Positions 14,401-23,853 of a DNA stretch of 64,000 nucleotides are shown here, piece by piece (position 1 is the stretch's first letter; each line of letters opens with the position of its first letter). The DNA is from Phoronis australis (taxonomy: Eukaryota > Animalia > Phoronida): the NCBI GenBank assembly GCA_002633005.1, contig NMRA01000595.1, positions 1 through 64,000 of the forward strand. Direction: 5' to 3'. The notes beneath the pieces are model-generated. The model worked only from the letters and a program-made list of their open reading frames with translations, had not been told where the DNA came from and made no database searches. The position numbers and the translations under genes are program-made.

Positions 14401-16093
14401 TGTTGATGATGAACCTGGAGTCGCGGCCGGTAGTGTTCGAGGATGTGGGCCGCCAGGTTCTGGCCAATGAACACAGGCAAACAGCCAAGTATTTCTACGA
14501 TAAAATAGGTAAACGCAACACCGTGGGAATACGGTAAAATCTCGCCACTTTGGGATAAAATACGGGCGACACGTGTTATTTCATTTTCCTCATTTTTTCC
14601 ATAAACACCATATGTACCATAATTACCAGTAGACAATGTTTGGAAAAATTGCGGACATTTTGATAAAATTAAAAAAGGCAACTTTGGCAAACATTTTTGT
14701 CCAAAAGTGGTGAGATTTTACCGTATGACATGAAGCTGTGCTGTTTGGTGGTAAAAATTAGGAACTGATTAAAAATGTGGGGTCTTTAGTGGTGCATTTT
14801 GCCTTGTTTGGCTGCCGGGAAAATGAAAATCGAATCACCGTAGGCCTTTTAGTATTAATAAAATTGGTCTCACAAAATTGCTTTGCGAGGTAAGATTCTA
14901 TTTCCATTGCCAACATGGACATCAAAACCATGAGATTCTTTAAGAAAAGGCTTCAGAGTACAGTGGGTTGACCAACCCTAAAGTTGGGGATTAGAAAACG
15001 GCACACATTGCATGTGATTTGTCAGTTCATTCAGCAACAATTCAACATCTGATGAGCAGGGTTGTTTTCATATTTCAAATCATTTCAGTTAAGAATTCAA
15101 TGTTGACTGCTAAACAGGGCCGAAGTGTAATTTTAAGTATTAACGTTTGTTATATCTTCTTAATGTTTGCAGAAAGATTATTTTGTTTTTAATGATTACT
15201 ATTTTTACGCACTTTAGAATTTAGGGCCGTGGCTTGCCAAGTCAACCACAATCACCTCACGATTGGCCATCAATGACGCACAGTGCCATCTATCCTTTCT
15301 TTTAGTATTTTCATGATCAAGGTGGATGTTTTTCCTTCTTACTGAATATGTGAATGAATGTGTTTATGAAAAGCAAATTTAGATTATGCTGATAGTAATG
15401 ATTACATGGTATGAATTAAATATGCATAGTCTCATTACATTGTGAATATGCATATACTAATTTACAAACAACCCCTTGTCCTCCAGTGTCCAGGAAACCA
15501 TCCGAGAACCAGTTGCCATTACAATCTCTTGTTTTGAAAGACTATTTTATGTAAATGAGTATAGTTGTAATATTCCATCGTTACCTAATGAAACAAGGCT
15601 CAATTTTTATTATTCGTTTATTTCACTATCAAATAACAATTGCGTAACATTTGGAATTACTGGGTTTCTTATATGTCCACACTTGTTTTCAAGTGTATCA
15701 GTTGTGGTGTTTTCTTTTAAATTGCAATTTATTTACAAATTGTTTCTTTGCCTGATTATACTTGTACATACAGATCGCCAGAAAGTCACAAGGTGGTGCT
15801 TGCTACCAATTTAAATTTTCACCCTTTTAATGAGACATAGCATCTTTAACACGCTGTTAAAATTTAAAAAAAGAAAAATATTCCTTTTGTTTTGCTTTGT
15901 TTCATTATGCCTCTTCATTTCAGGTGAAGTAACTGCATCAGACATTACGAATGTTGCCAATCGTCTTCTACGCACAAAAGTCTCCGTCGCCGCTTTGGGT
16001 AACCTGGCTCGATTCCCGGACTACGAGCAGATACAGGGCAGTCTGTTAAGTCGCGATCGATTTTTCTCCAAGCGTTTCTCATTGTTTAGATGA
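2417..16093 (+). CDS. PMPCA: Mitochondrial processing peptidase alpha subunit, 12 coding exons, 522 aa
   Basis: Exons 2417-2472, 3882-4075, 4444-4523, 5309-5391, 6808-6910, 7937-8029, 9311-9589, 10774-10985, 12523-12613, 13076-13138, 14364-14508 and 15924-16093. All introns are GT-AG and phase-compatible; the total is 1569 nt. The protein has an Arg/Ser-rich presequence, the degenerate zinc motif HFLEK and the alpha-MPP glycine-rich loop [17 protein letters not shown]. Confidence 0.97.
3882..4075 (+). CDS. PMPCA: PMPCA exon 2
   Basis: Acceptor ttttcttgtag; reads [12 protein letters not shown]...[25 protein letters not shown]; donor GTAAT. Confidence 0.95.
4444..4523 (+). CDS. PMPCA: PMPCA exon 3
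   Basis: Reads [27 protein letters not shown]; flanked by tttccag and GTGAGT. Confidence 0.95.
5309..5391 (+). CDS. PMPCA: PMPCA exon 4
   Basis: Reads [28 protein letters not shown]; flanked by tttgcag and GTGAG. Confidence 0.95.
5980..6444. mobile_element. hAT-type MITE, 465 bp, 8-bp TSD
   Basis: Imperfect TIRs CAGCCCTTTATGCAG / CTGGATAAAGGCCTG. Exact 8-bp direct repeat GTTATATG at 5972-5979 and 6445-6452. Confidence 0.8.
6808..6910 (+). CDS. PMPCA: PMPCA exon 5
   Basis: Reads [34 protein letters not shown]; flanked by tttgcag and GTATT. Confidence 0.93.
7937..8029 (+). CDS. PMPCA: PMPCA exon 6
   Basis: Reads [31 protein letters not shown]; flanked by tttcag and GTAAGT. Confidence 0.95.
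9311..9589 (+). CDS. PMPCA: PMPCA exon 7
   Basis: Reads [15 protein letters not shown]...RMVLAGVG...AQYTGGECK; flanked by tttttag and GTGAGT. Confidence 0.95.
10139..10383 (-). mobile_element. tRNA-derived SINE, about 245 bp, 15-bp TSD
   Basis: The minus strand carries an A-box (TGGCCTGGTTG), a B-box (GGTTCGAGTCC) and an ATT/T-rich tail. It is flanked by the exact repeat CTTTCCCCTCAGTTA at 10124-10138 and 10384-10398. Confidence 0.85.
10438..10680. repeat. Dispersed repeat; inverted copy at 33522-33751
   Basis: Shared blocks in reverse complement, e.g. GGGCTCAGAGCGATGCTCTTAACAT and CGTAAACAAAAGCAAGCCAATA. Confidence 0.75.
10774..10985 (+). CDS. PMPCA: PMPCA exon 8 (glycine-rich loop)
   Basis: Reads [20 protein letters not shown]...[31 protein letters not shown]. 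Confidence 0.97.
11272..11768. mobile_element. CAGGG-terminated MITE, 497 bp, 6-bp TSD
   Basis: Perfect 13-bp TIR CAGGGCTTGGAAT / ATTCCAAGCCCTG. TGAAAT lies on both sides (11266-11271, 11769-11774). Confidence 0.85.
12523..12613 (+). CDS. PMPCA: PMPCA exon 9
   Basis: Reads [30 protein letters not shown]. Confidence 0.95.
13076..13138 (+). CDS. PMPCA: PMPCA exon 10
   Basis: Reads [21 protein letters not shown]; flanked by ttacag and GTAAGT; phase 0-0. Confidence 0.92.
14364..14508 (+). CDS. PMPCA: PMPCA exon 11
   Basis: Reads [48 protein letters not shown]. Confidence 0.96.
14532..14723. mobile_element. Tc1/mariner-pogo-type MITE, 192 bp, TA TSD
   Basis: Imperfect TIRs of about 30 bp, CGGTAAAATCTCGCCACTTTGGGATAAAAT / ATTTTTGTCCAAAAGTGGTGAGATTTTACCG, flanked by TA on both sides. 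Confidence 0.8.
15924..16093 (+). CDS. PMPCA: PMPCA exon 12 (last coding exon)
   Basis: Reads [56 protein letters not shown] then TGA. Confidence 0.95.
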
Positions 16094-16121
16094 AGTAACA
16101 CGCGTTAGCTGCTGCTTGTAC

Positions 16122-16265
16122 TGGGTCCCAGCCCAAGACTATGAAAGCTCAACTGACATGGGTCCCAGCCCCAGACTATGAAAGCTCCACTGACATGGGT
16201 CCCAGCCCAAGACTATGAAAGCTCAACTGACATGGGTCCCAGCCCAAGACTATCAGAGCTCAATG
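16122..16265. repeat. About 4 x 37-bp tandem repeat in the PMPCA 3' UTR
   Basis: Unit TGGGTCCCAGCCCAAGACTATGAAAGCTCAACTGACA starts at 16122, 16159, 16196 and 16233. Confidence 0.92.
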
Positions 16266-17280
16266 CATGGACCAATCACAAAGCCGAAAATTTTGCAGTT
16301 TACTCAAAGAAAGCCACCCAATTGGTCAATCGTCTTATCAAGTTATATGTTTTGTTGACTGTGCTCCAGCCAGTTTTTGTTGTTAACACGTTTAGTGTTT
16401 GTCGGACGAGTGTGGCTGCCCAAAAGCACGTTATGGGGAGAGTTTCGACTCCTGAAGGAGGCTGCTGTCGAACTAAAATTCTCACAGCAATTTCATTAAA
16501 ATTCCATTTGAAATTATTCAATAAATTACTTTAATGTATCAAGATTCACCCTTTTCTTAAAGCATCGTCAGGCATTTTTACCTGACAATTTGTCTCGCTT
16601 TTGTCTTCCATGTTCCAGTTGAGTGCGGTCTATCCCACCTCAATCAAGTGTTAGGATAATGATATCAATCTGTGTAATGGATTTAACGAGTTCAAACCAG
16701 GCCTTGTTACACATGACAGTACACTACAATGACCAAGTGTCTGTTTCATGAAAAGCAACAGAAATTTGTTCTTAAAACTCCACACAGCTATATCTGAAAA
16801 ATAAATAAATCTCACCTTAGTAAAAAAAGAAAGTCCAAAAGAATATGCGCTTGACTAATAGTCAGTGAGATAATTTGTAGAAATCATTTCTAGAGTGCGA
16901 TGAGCTGAAGTGAGAGTATAAGACAAAATGTCTGCCTTCGGGTTATCTAGGACGTTAATAAATGCCTCGACTCTCAAGTCAAATGTCAAAAAAATTGCTT
17001 ATATTAGTCAACCATTAAAAGTATATATTTTATGAAAGGAGAAAGATCGAGGATTGTAAAAATATGCTTCTTACTACTGTGTCCCTGTTATTGTCATGTA
17101 ATCACCTTTTTAAGTCAAATTTTCATGCACAAGAAATGTAATTTGTAGCAAGATAACCCCATTCAGTTTTACCCAAGCTTTTTTAAATTAAAACTTCGCC
17201 TGGAGTTTCAAAAACACTGTTAGGGATTAGGCATTCTTAAACTCGTATCAATTTTAAAATAAAAATTAAGTTCATCTTAA

Positions 17281-17441
17281 GCCTGTTCCAAGAAAGCGGT
17301 CTTTATAAACTTAAAAGTTTTACTTCAAATTTTCTCTTAAGTTTGACCTAATTTAGGGGATGTGGAAGTCAAAATTTCGAGGTTGAGACAAAACTTAGAC
17401 ATGAGTTAATAATGAGCTTACGTTGGTTTTTTGGAACAGGC
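17281..17441. mobile_element. Small degenerate MITE
   Basis: 11-bp inverted termini GCCTGTTCCAA / TTGGAACAGGC; no clear TSD. Confidence 0.45.
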
Positions 17442-18492
17442 CTCGGATTTACTAGGCCTGGGACTGGGAAGAACTGACCAGGGGCGTTTGCTTTAGAGGA
17501 GAGAAGTGACTAAGAAGTGGAGTCGCAACAATTTGTCAAAAATAATTAAATCTTACTTGAACCTAAGCCTGTCTCGGAAATATACATGTACATGTAACTC
17601 CAGTTGAAGAGCTAGTCAATAATCGCCAGTCATCTCTAAACTGAGGGAGTTTTATCCCCCATGGTTTCGCTGATGCAAGTAGAATCCTAGTACAGTTAGC
17701 AACGGCGGATTTAGGGGCAGGACCAAGGAGGCTCTTTGCACGTGGGGATAAGAATGTTTCAATTGAAATTTTAATATTTTCTCGTTTTTGGATCATATTG
17801 AATCCACGACTATGATAATCAGTACCATAAAGAAAGGTTTGATTGATACTGACAATACAGCCACTGGTCAGAACGAGGAGAATGGTAGTTTTAAGCACTT
17901 AAACAGTTTCCTCTTCAAGTAAGTACTGAAGAAACTGGCTCTGCCTTTAGAGCTGTGGACACGGGGATCAGCAGCAATCTAAGAAAGATTATGGTTATTG
18001 CCATTACATGTTTTACCATGAGACATCCTTGATCTAATCGCGGTTGGGGCAGTTCCATGAAAAGTGACTTAACACTGTCAGTGACAGAATTTTGGTCTTT
18101 GCGCTCCACATAACTATGTCGGAAAATAAGTAAACTGAGTTCAGCAAAAGAATAAAGTATCTGGAAATATACCCATACGAATAGTTAATTATTGATAAAA
18201 TTTGCGTTCATTTCCAAACAGTGGTGAGCTAATATTTACGTGACAAAAATTTTATTGTGAAGTGTCCTGGAGCGTAAGAACAAATTTCAGTTTTAACTCA
18301 TGGGACGCGCACCAAGAGTGGGGGCTGGATGGCTATGGCCCCTCACTTTTTTCAGTGCTGCGCCGCCCATGTCTTTTCGCGGATGTCGAATCAGTCATCG
18401 AATAAATACTTATTTTCAATTTTCACGAGTTTATTTAGAATTCGTCTAACGGGAATTCATTTCCAAGTTGGTATATCATTTACGTCTCCATT

Positions 18493-19116
18493 TTATGGTT
18501 CATTGTATAGGTTTACGTTTCTTTTGGTCGCTCTCGTAAGCATGATGCCTAAGACAAAAATGAGGTACTGGAAAAATGTTCCTGGTTTAGTGATTGAAGC
18601 TGACCCCGTGCCCCCTTTGCAGTGCGAAACCAGATCACGGAACCCTCTTGTCTTGTAAATAACCAATTTGTTCTTGGTCGACGATTTCTGTTGAATGATG
18701 TTGTTACGACCACAATAGACTGTGCATAGGTAGGTGCCGCAGTACTTTGCTGGAACGCTGTACATCACCAGATTCAGTCGCTTCTGATTACCGGTTTGAC
18801 TAAACGTACCTCTTCCCGCGTTCCGTATGGATCCGTCTGTAAAGTCTCCTTCTTGTTTGGTGGTTTCGCCGTACGTAATGGGTGCCTGGTAAAGTTGGGA
18901 TCCATCTGGTTTTGTTATCTCCACCTTCATAAGCTCTCCCTGCATTTGAAACTTGCAAGTAATGGTGCTAGAGGAACTGACGAAAGTTTCCTGAATAGTT
19001 AGATTCATTTGATTGGCACAACTTTGGTTAGGTGGCCCACTTCGCGACTGCGCACCAGCCAACACCAGGAAAGCCAACAAGGCGGTGCAACTCTTGTGAG
19101 CAGTTCCAAGAAACAT
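18493..19116 (-). CDS. Intronless 207-aa surface protein with signal peptide, single Ig-like (V-type-sized) domain and C-terminal hydrophobic anchor
   Basis: Signal peptide ALLAFLVLAGAQS. B-strand ITC54 and F-strand G-T-Y-L-C131 are 77 aa apart, with E-strand LNLVMYSV. Sequons NQS and NLT. C-terminal GGTGSAS plus FFQYLIFVLGIML. AATAAA on the minus strand at 18430-18435, about 60 nt after the stop. Confidence 0.75.
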   Translation of the reverse strand: MFLGTAHKSCTALLAFLVLAGAQSRSGPPNQSCANQMNLTIQETFVSSSSTITCKFQMQGELMKVEITKPDGSQLYQAPITYGETTKQEGDFTDGSIRNAGRGTFSQTGNQKRLNLVMYSVPAKYCGTYLCTVYCGRNNIIQQKSSTKNKLVIYKTRGFRDLVSHCKGGTGSASITKPGTFFQYLIFVLGIMLTRATKRNVNLYNEP

Positions 19117-19254
19117 TTTAGATCAATTCCCAACGCGTCAATGATATAGTGAACGTGGGCTTGCGTGCTTTGGATGTGGCATTGTTTCTCGCTAGTCTCG
19201 CGAAATTCGGAGCGCTAAATTTATTCTTTTTGACTCACATCCAACATATACAAT

Positions 19255-19906
19255 CAGTGGCGGATCTAGGATATCACAAGGGGGGGGCAACATTTTGTCC
19301 GGCTGTAAGCATTTGCGCAAACTGAACCACGATTGTAGATGCGCATAGCACCGAATGGGGGGAAATTTTTCTGTTTTTACCTCTAAAAATCAAGCATTTC
19401 CTTGATTCCTGAAGAAAAAAAAAAACAGAGAACGTGTCAAACAGGAAAACTGAACGTACTAAAGACTTGAACTCACGACCTGGCGGTGGCGGTTAGAGAG
19501 CGCGTGCGTTACCACTACACCACCACGATTTAACTACTTGTTTCACGCTAAAAGACCTACTTGTTTATGGTCCACAGCGTTTGCGCGCGAAACCTACTTC
19601 TTTTCGTAATGCTTATTACACGTTTTATATTTTGTGCCATGAATTCTTAACAAATTTGTCGTATTTAAAATAGTCTTCAAATGCCCAAAAGACCAAATAC
19701 GTTTTTCGAGTTGGCAATAATGACGGAATTGCTTTGGAAATCGTCTAAGTTAAGGTTTGACAAAGAGAGTATTGCGAGTTTCTGAGTGATTCACTAAGGC
19801 TTCGATTGAAATTCACATCTTACCAGCAGCTTCTGTTTTTTCATCGTCACTCAGGTTCCATTCTCTTTAAAAAATGAAGTAAATTTNCCCCCTAAATCCG
19901 CCTATG
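19255..19906. mobile_element. CAGTGGCGGATC-type MITE with an internal tRNA-like segment and apparent 5-bp TSD
   Basis: Termini CAGTGGCGGATCTAGG / CCTAAATCCGCCTATG with ACAAT on both flanks. The element spans the single N at 19887. A related right end lies at about 22233-22275. Confidence 0.6.
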
Positions 19907-20434
19907 ACAATGACTTGCCAAAATAAATAAAATTCCAAGTTAAATATATTGAATGTATGTACAAAAATGCCCATCACTAGCTTATACAGGCCTGTAGGAA
20001 GGTAAAATTATAAGTTGGGGGGCACAAACCAATTCGACTTCGCCAACTCACCTCCGTCCTATCTCCATCCCCCCTCTTTCTCTGGATGTCATATTTCTAC
20101 CGACCCCCGCGTGGGTTGGGGGTAATACATGAGATGTAGCCATCAGAATTTGAGTAACCGTGAACCAACAAAGTTTCACGGTGAGTATGAAGAATGGGTC
20201 TAGGGCCAGCGCACCGACGAGTAGCTGGGATCCAGAGGGCGGCCGTTTATGCAAAAACATCAAAATGTGTATTCAATTCCATTTAATGAATTCAATGCCA
20301 ACTGTATGAAAATTCAATCCTATCTTGTGTATTCAGTGCTATAGTACATCAAAACTAATATCTTCGTGAATTCTATCCTGTCTTGAATTCAATCCTATTT
20401 TGTTAACCTATGGACGAAACCAGTGTGTCTCATG

Positions 20435-20444
20435 TGCGCATGCG
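20435..20444. promoter_or_regulatory. NRF1-like motif upstream of the candidate whirlin first exon
   Basis: TGCGCATGCG matches the NRF1 core and lies about 290 nt upstream of a strong GTGAGT donor at 20731. Confidence 0.35.
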
Positions 20445-20679
20445 TTTGAGCTCCCGCCTTTGTCTTTGCGTAAATTCTGCTGTCAAAAGCGAAGCAAGAA
20501 TTGTTTCTGACAATGTCACAGAGAGAACTGCTGTCAAATATCATTGGTCTTTTGGCCGATGCATGTTGACCAGCTGCAAAATGTCAATAACCAGCCTAAT
20601 ACACAATCCCCGACCCAGCGGATTCTGGCCGCTACTTCGGCACTGAGGGACACTACGACGGCAAACTTAGCGTCAACTG

Positions 20680-20730
20680 ATGCTAGACCCACCAATTGTT
20701 TCAGGCATTGCAGTTGCACCTGGCAACAGG
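20680..20730 (+). CDS. WHRN: Candidate upstream whirlin exon (MLDPPIVSGIAVAPGNR), or a 5' UTR exon
   Basis: Donor AGG|GTGAGT in phase 0. The acceptor tttcag at 23160 continues in frame (LPCYELKT) into the ATG at 23185. Confidence 0.45.
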
Positions 20731-22290
20731 GTGAGTAGCCTACTTGTTTGTTTACAGTTCCATTTGTGATATTGTTCGCATTAAGTATTTTACTTTTATC
20801 ACGCCAGTTTAAAATCACTTATTAGTAGATCGCGAGCAAAAAATGTGATAAACCAGACGCGAAGTTTCTGCCTATAAAAAGGGAATTTACTCCGGGGTGT
20901 CTGCGCTAATTTAAAGTATACGTGTCATTCTCCGCTCACTCAAAAACGCACATTAGATTCGCGCTGCCTTGGGTATTCATGAAGTACTGCAATACTTTCG
21001 GGTCCGTGGACACCAGTGTGTCAACTAAAAAAAATAAGAGCACTAAAAAAAATGACAGAGTTTTGTGCCGGTCGTATGCCTGAGGGTGTAAAAGTCTTCA
21101 TTAATAGCCAGTTTTTGTGATTAAACGTCGGAAAGTAAAACGATGAGTGGGAGAGTTAAATTCGCCGGCAAGCAAGAGAATCACCACGAACGGCCATTTT
21201 TACGAGCACTCCAGGAGCGTTTCAAACGAAAACAAGTACGTGTAATCATAGACTACAGACGAGTGTCTATGGCGTAATGTACTATGAATAGATAATTTCT
21301 GAGTTTTAAACCGAAACTCTCCGTTGTCTTGGAAAACACTTGAGTTTCGTCAACAGAGGGACATCGAAATATTTAGTAAACAACATCCCTGTGTTTGCGT
21401 TATTTTATGTTGATTTTTTTTAAATTTGATTTGTTTATGCAGCTTGGCTGTGATTACTCTGGTTATTTACCCACAATACAACTGATTCGCAATTTTATGT
21501 CCGTGACACAATATTGCTACTCCCTAAATAATCTTCGTCAGTTGGTAAAATTTCATTTTCATTTGTTGTTAAGGATTTATCTGTTATTCGAATCCGGCTG
21601 AAGTTTGACAGCCGGTACTTCATGTACGTCGTTCTTTGCCCAATATTCTGTAAACATATCACTCGCGGGCCGCATTATCATGCAAGGGATTAACGATGAT
21701 AATAAATTACGTTAGACATCATCGGTCACAAGGTGAAAAATCCAGGCGTTGAGGATTTTCGGGCAGGTTTATTCCCAGCTGTCTTCCAAACTTGGTTGGG
21801 GAGAAACCCAGATGACACATGAGTCTCTTTTTGCCTTCGAGAGCCCTCAGCATCTCCGGCAAACAGCCCTGAGTAGTGAGGGGCACCTTCGGTTGCGCAC
21901 ACGCCCTTTGGGCACATGCCTTACGGGACTAAATCATGTTTCATATTTTAGATCAGCGTGAAAACATACCGTACCAAATTGATTGTAACCTTTCTCACTA
22001 GACCGGACTAACATTTAATTCCAACGTCCTAGTTTTAAAGCTTCGTCGTACTAAACACAAGATGTCGCTATGCGCGCTGTACCGTAATTGAGATCCGACA
22101 ATCAGTTGCTATTTGTATTCATATTTTGAAACACGTTTAACTATAAAATTGTGCAATGAAAAGTAAGTATTGAAACAGATTTGTTTTTCTGGAGACGTTT
22201 TTTCTCTTTTTTAATTTTTGGGTCCTGGCTCGAGGGGGGGTTAAACCGCCTGAACCCCCAGTAGATCTGCCACTGAGCGGCGTATACCTG

Positions 22291-22675
22291 GGCCCGGTCT
22301 CCAATCTTTTTACTCGAAATGGAACTCGAAATTAGGTTTGGCACTTTCTACTCTACTTTTTGGCGAACTCAAGATAAGTGTCTATTATTCTATGCTCGAG
22401 TGCACAATAACTTACGTCTGAGATAATTTATTGCCCTTAGTTCACAGTTTGTAAACCCAATATTAAAGCATTAAGTTCGAGTTTGAACTCGAAATTTCGA
22501 GTTTTTACTCGAGTTTGTTGCATGAATATAAGGGTCTTCAAGGACAAACTTGAACTAGAAACTCTTATGCATAAACTATAATGTATTCGAGCACAGTCTG
22601 ATAAACAAAAGGAGCAGAGAAATTGCCAAAAATAGTTTCGAGTTCGTTTCGAGTACAAAGATTAGAGACCGGGCC
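22291..22675. mobile_element. PIF/Harbinger-type MITE, 385 bp, CTG TSD
   Basis: Imperfect TIRs of about 40 bp beginning GGCCCGGTCTC, internal ACTCGA/TCGAGT repeats, and CTG on both flanks. Confidence 0.8.
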
Positions 22676-23184
22676 CTGGAGCGCAAGTGCGTACGTCACT
22701 TGAGTGGATGGCACGTCCCTGGATGTATTTGCTCTAGCAGTTCGCCGAGCGACACGAATTAATCATGGGTGTGCGCGATCTTACTGTCTATGTACAGTGC
22801 TGCTATCTAATGGAAGTCGGAATTATGTCCCTTGAATTTGATTCGGCCAATGATTCGCGTGGGAATGCTTGATCACGTGACATTTATGTATCCATACTTT
22901 TCGAACAATGTTTGACAGCGAGGTACGATATACAGGTAAAAACGAGAGGAGCATGTGGTTGGAAATGTCAAGTACGTTTCTTCCCTTTTCTCAAACGAAC
23001 TTTTGTTTTTAGAAAAGTTTTGCCTCATTTAGCGCTTTCACGACCTCTTACCGTTGGGGTTACTAGTACAGCAGTGAACAGCATCTATTCAGCAATTCAC
23101 GTCAGTGTGGCATTGTCTTGCCTTGGGCTCAGTCTCATTGCCGACTTTCGGTAATTTCAGCTACCTTGTTATGAACTGAAAACC

Positions 23185-23853
23185 ATGGATATAGAAATGT
23201 CTACTATGACAAACACTTTTCCGCGCCAAAGGAGGCGACCGAAGAGAACGATGTCTGTAAACGTGCGCCGTCTTCAAGAAGCTTTGAGGGCCTTGTTGAA
23301 CGAGAAAGATCGCGAACAATTTGTTGTGGCGCTGAACGACTATCACAAAAGAAGAAATGTGTTCGATTTCGTACAGGTGTTGAGGAGGATAATCGACACA
23401 CCTGTGAAACGTCAACTGATTGTAATGCTGCGTAAGGTCATTCCCCAGTCTGATCAACACGATTTTGACGAATATAGTGAAAGTATTATGTACAATATTC
23501 AACCTCGCTCAAGTCCCAATGGTGGCCCTGTGAACAGTGCTCGCAGAAGAGCAAGGACGATGCCCTCCCGCAACATTTCCCCCTTTCTGAATAATTCCCT
23601 TCGCAATGTGTCGTCTTTTGATAGTCCTCCTTTGCAAGAAGGTGAAGTGAAAGTTATCGTCTTGAAACAATACAAAGATAGCATTGGTTGGGGATTTGCA
23701 ATTCGTGGGGGTGAAGAGCATGGAATTGGAATTTACGTTTCTATGGTTGATGAGGGAAGTGTCGCTGATGACTGCGGAGTTCAAATCGGTGACCTCATCA
23801 TGTCAGCCAATCAACACTCGTTTGAGAGGATATCGCACGATGAAGCGGCCCAG
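23185..23853 (+). CDS. WHRN: Whirlin main first coding exon (HHD1 and most of PDZ1)
   Basis: Reads SVNVRRLQEALRALLNEKDREQFVVALNDYHKRRNVFDFV... and GWGFAIRGGEEHGIGIYVSMVDEGS; donor CAG|GTAATT. Confidence 0.95.

Noticed and set aside
14256-14690. 144-aa minus-strand ORF
   Set aside because: Antisense shadow of PMPCA exon 11 plus the adjacent MITE.
16178-16534. 118-aa ORF downstream of PMPCA
   Set aside because: It starts inside the 37-bp 3' UTR repeat and has no recognisable motif.
17563-18109. Two minus-strand ORFs with hydrophobic stretches, possible paralogs of the Ig-like gene
   Set aside because: Non-ATG starts, no Ig cysteine pattern, and one overlaps a MITE terminus fragment.
20262-20402. 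Degenerate AATTCAATCCTATCTTG-like tandem repeat
   Set aside because: Short, irregular and decayed; no evidence of function or unique spacers.
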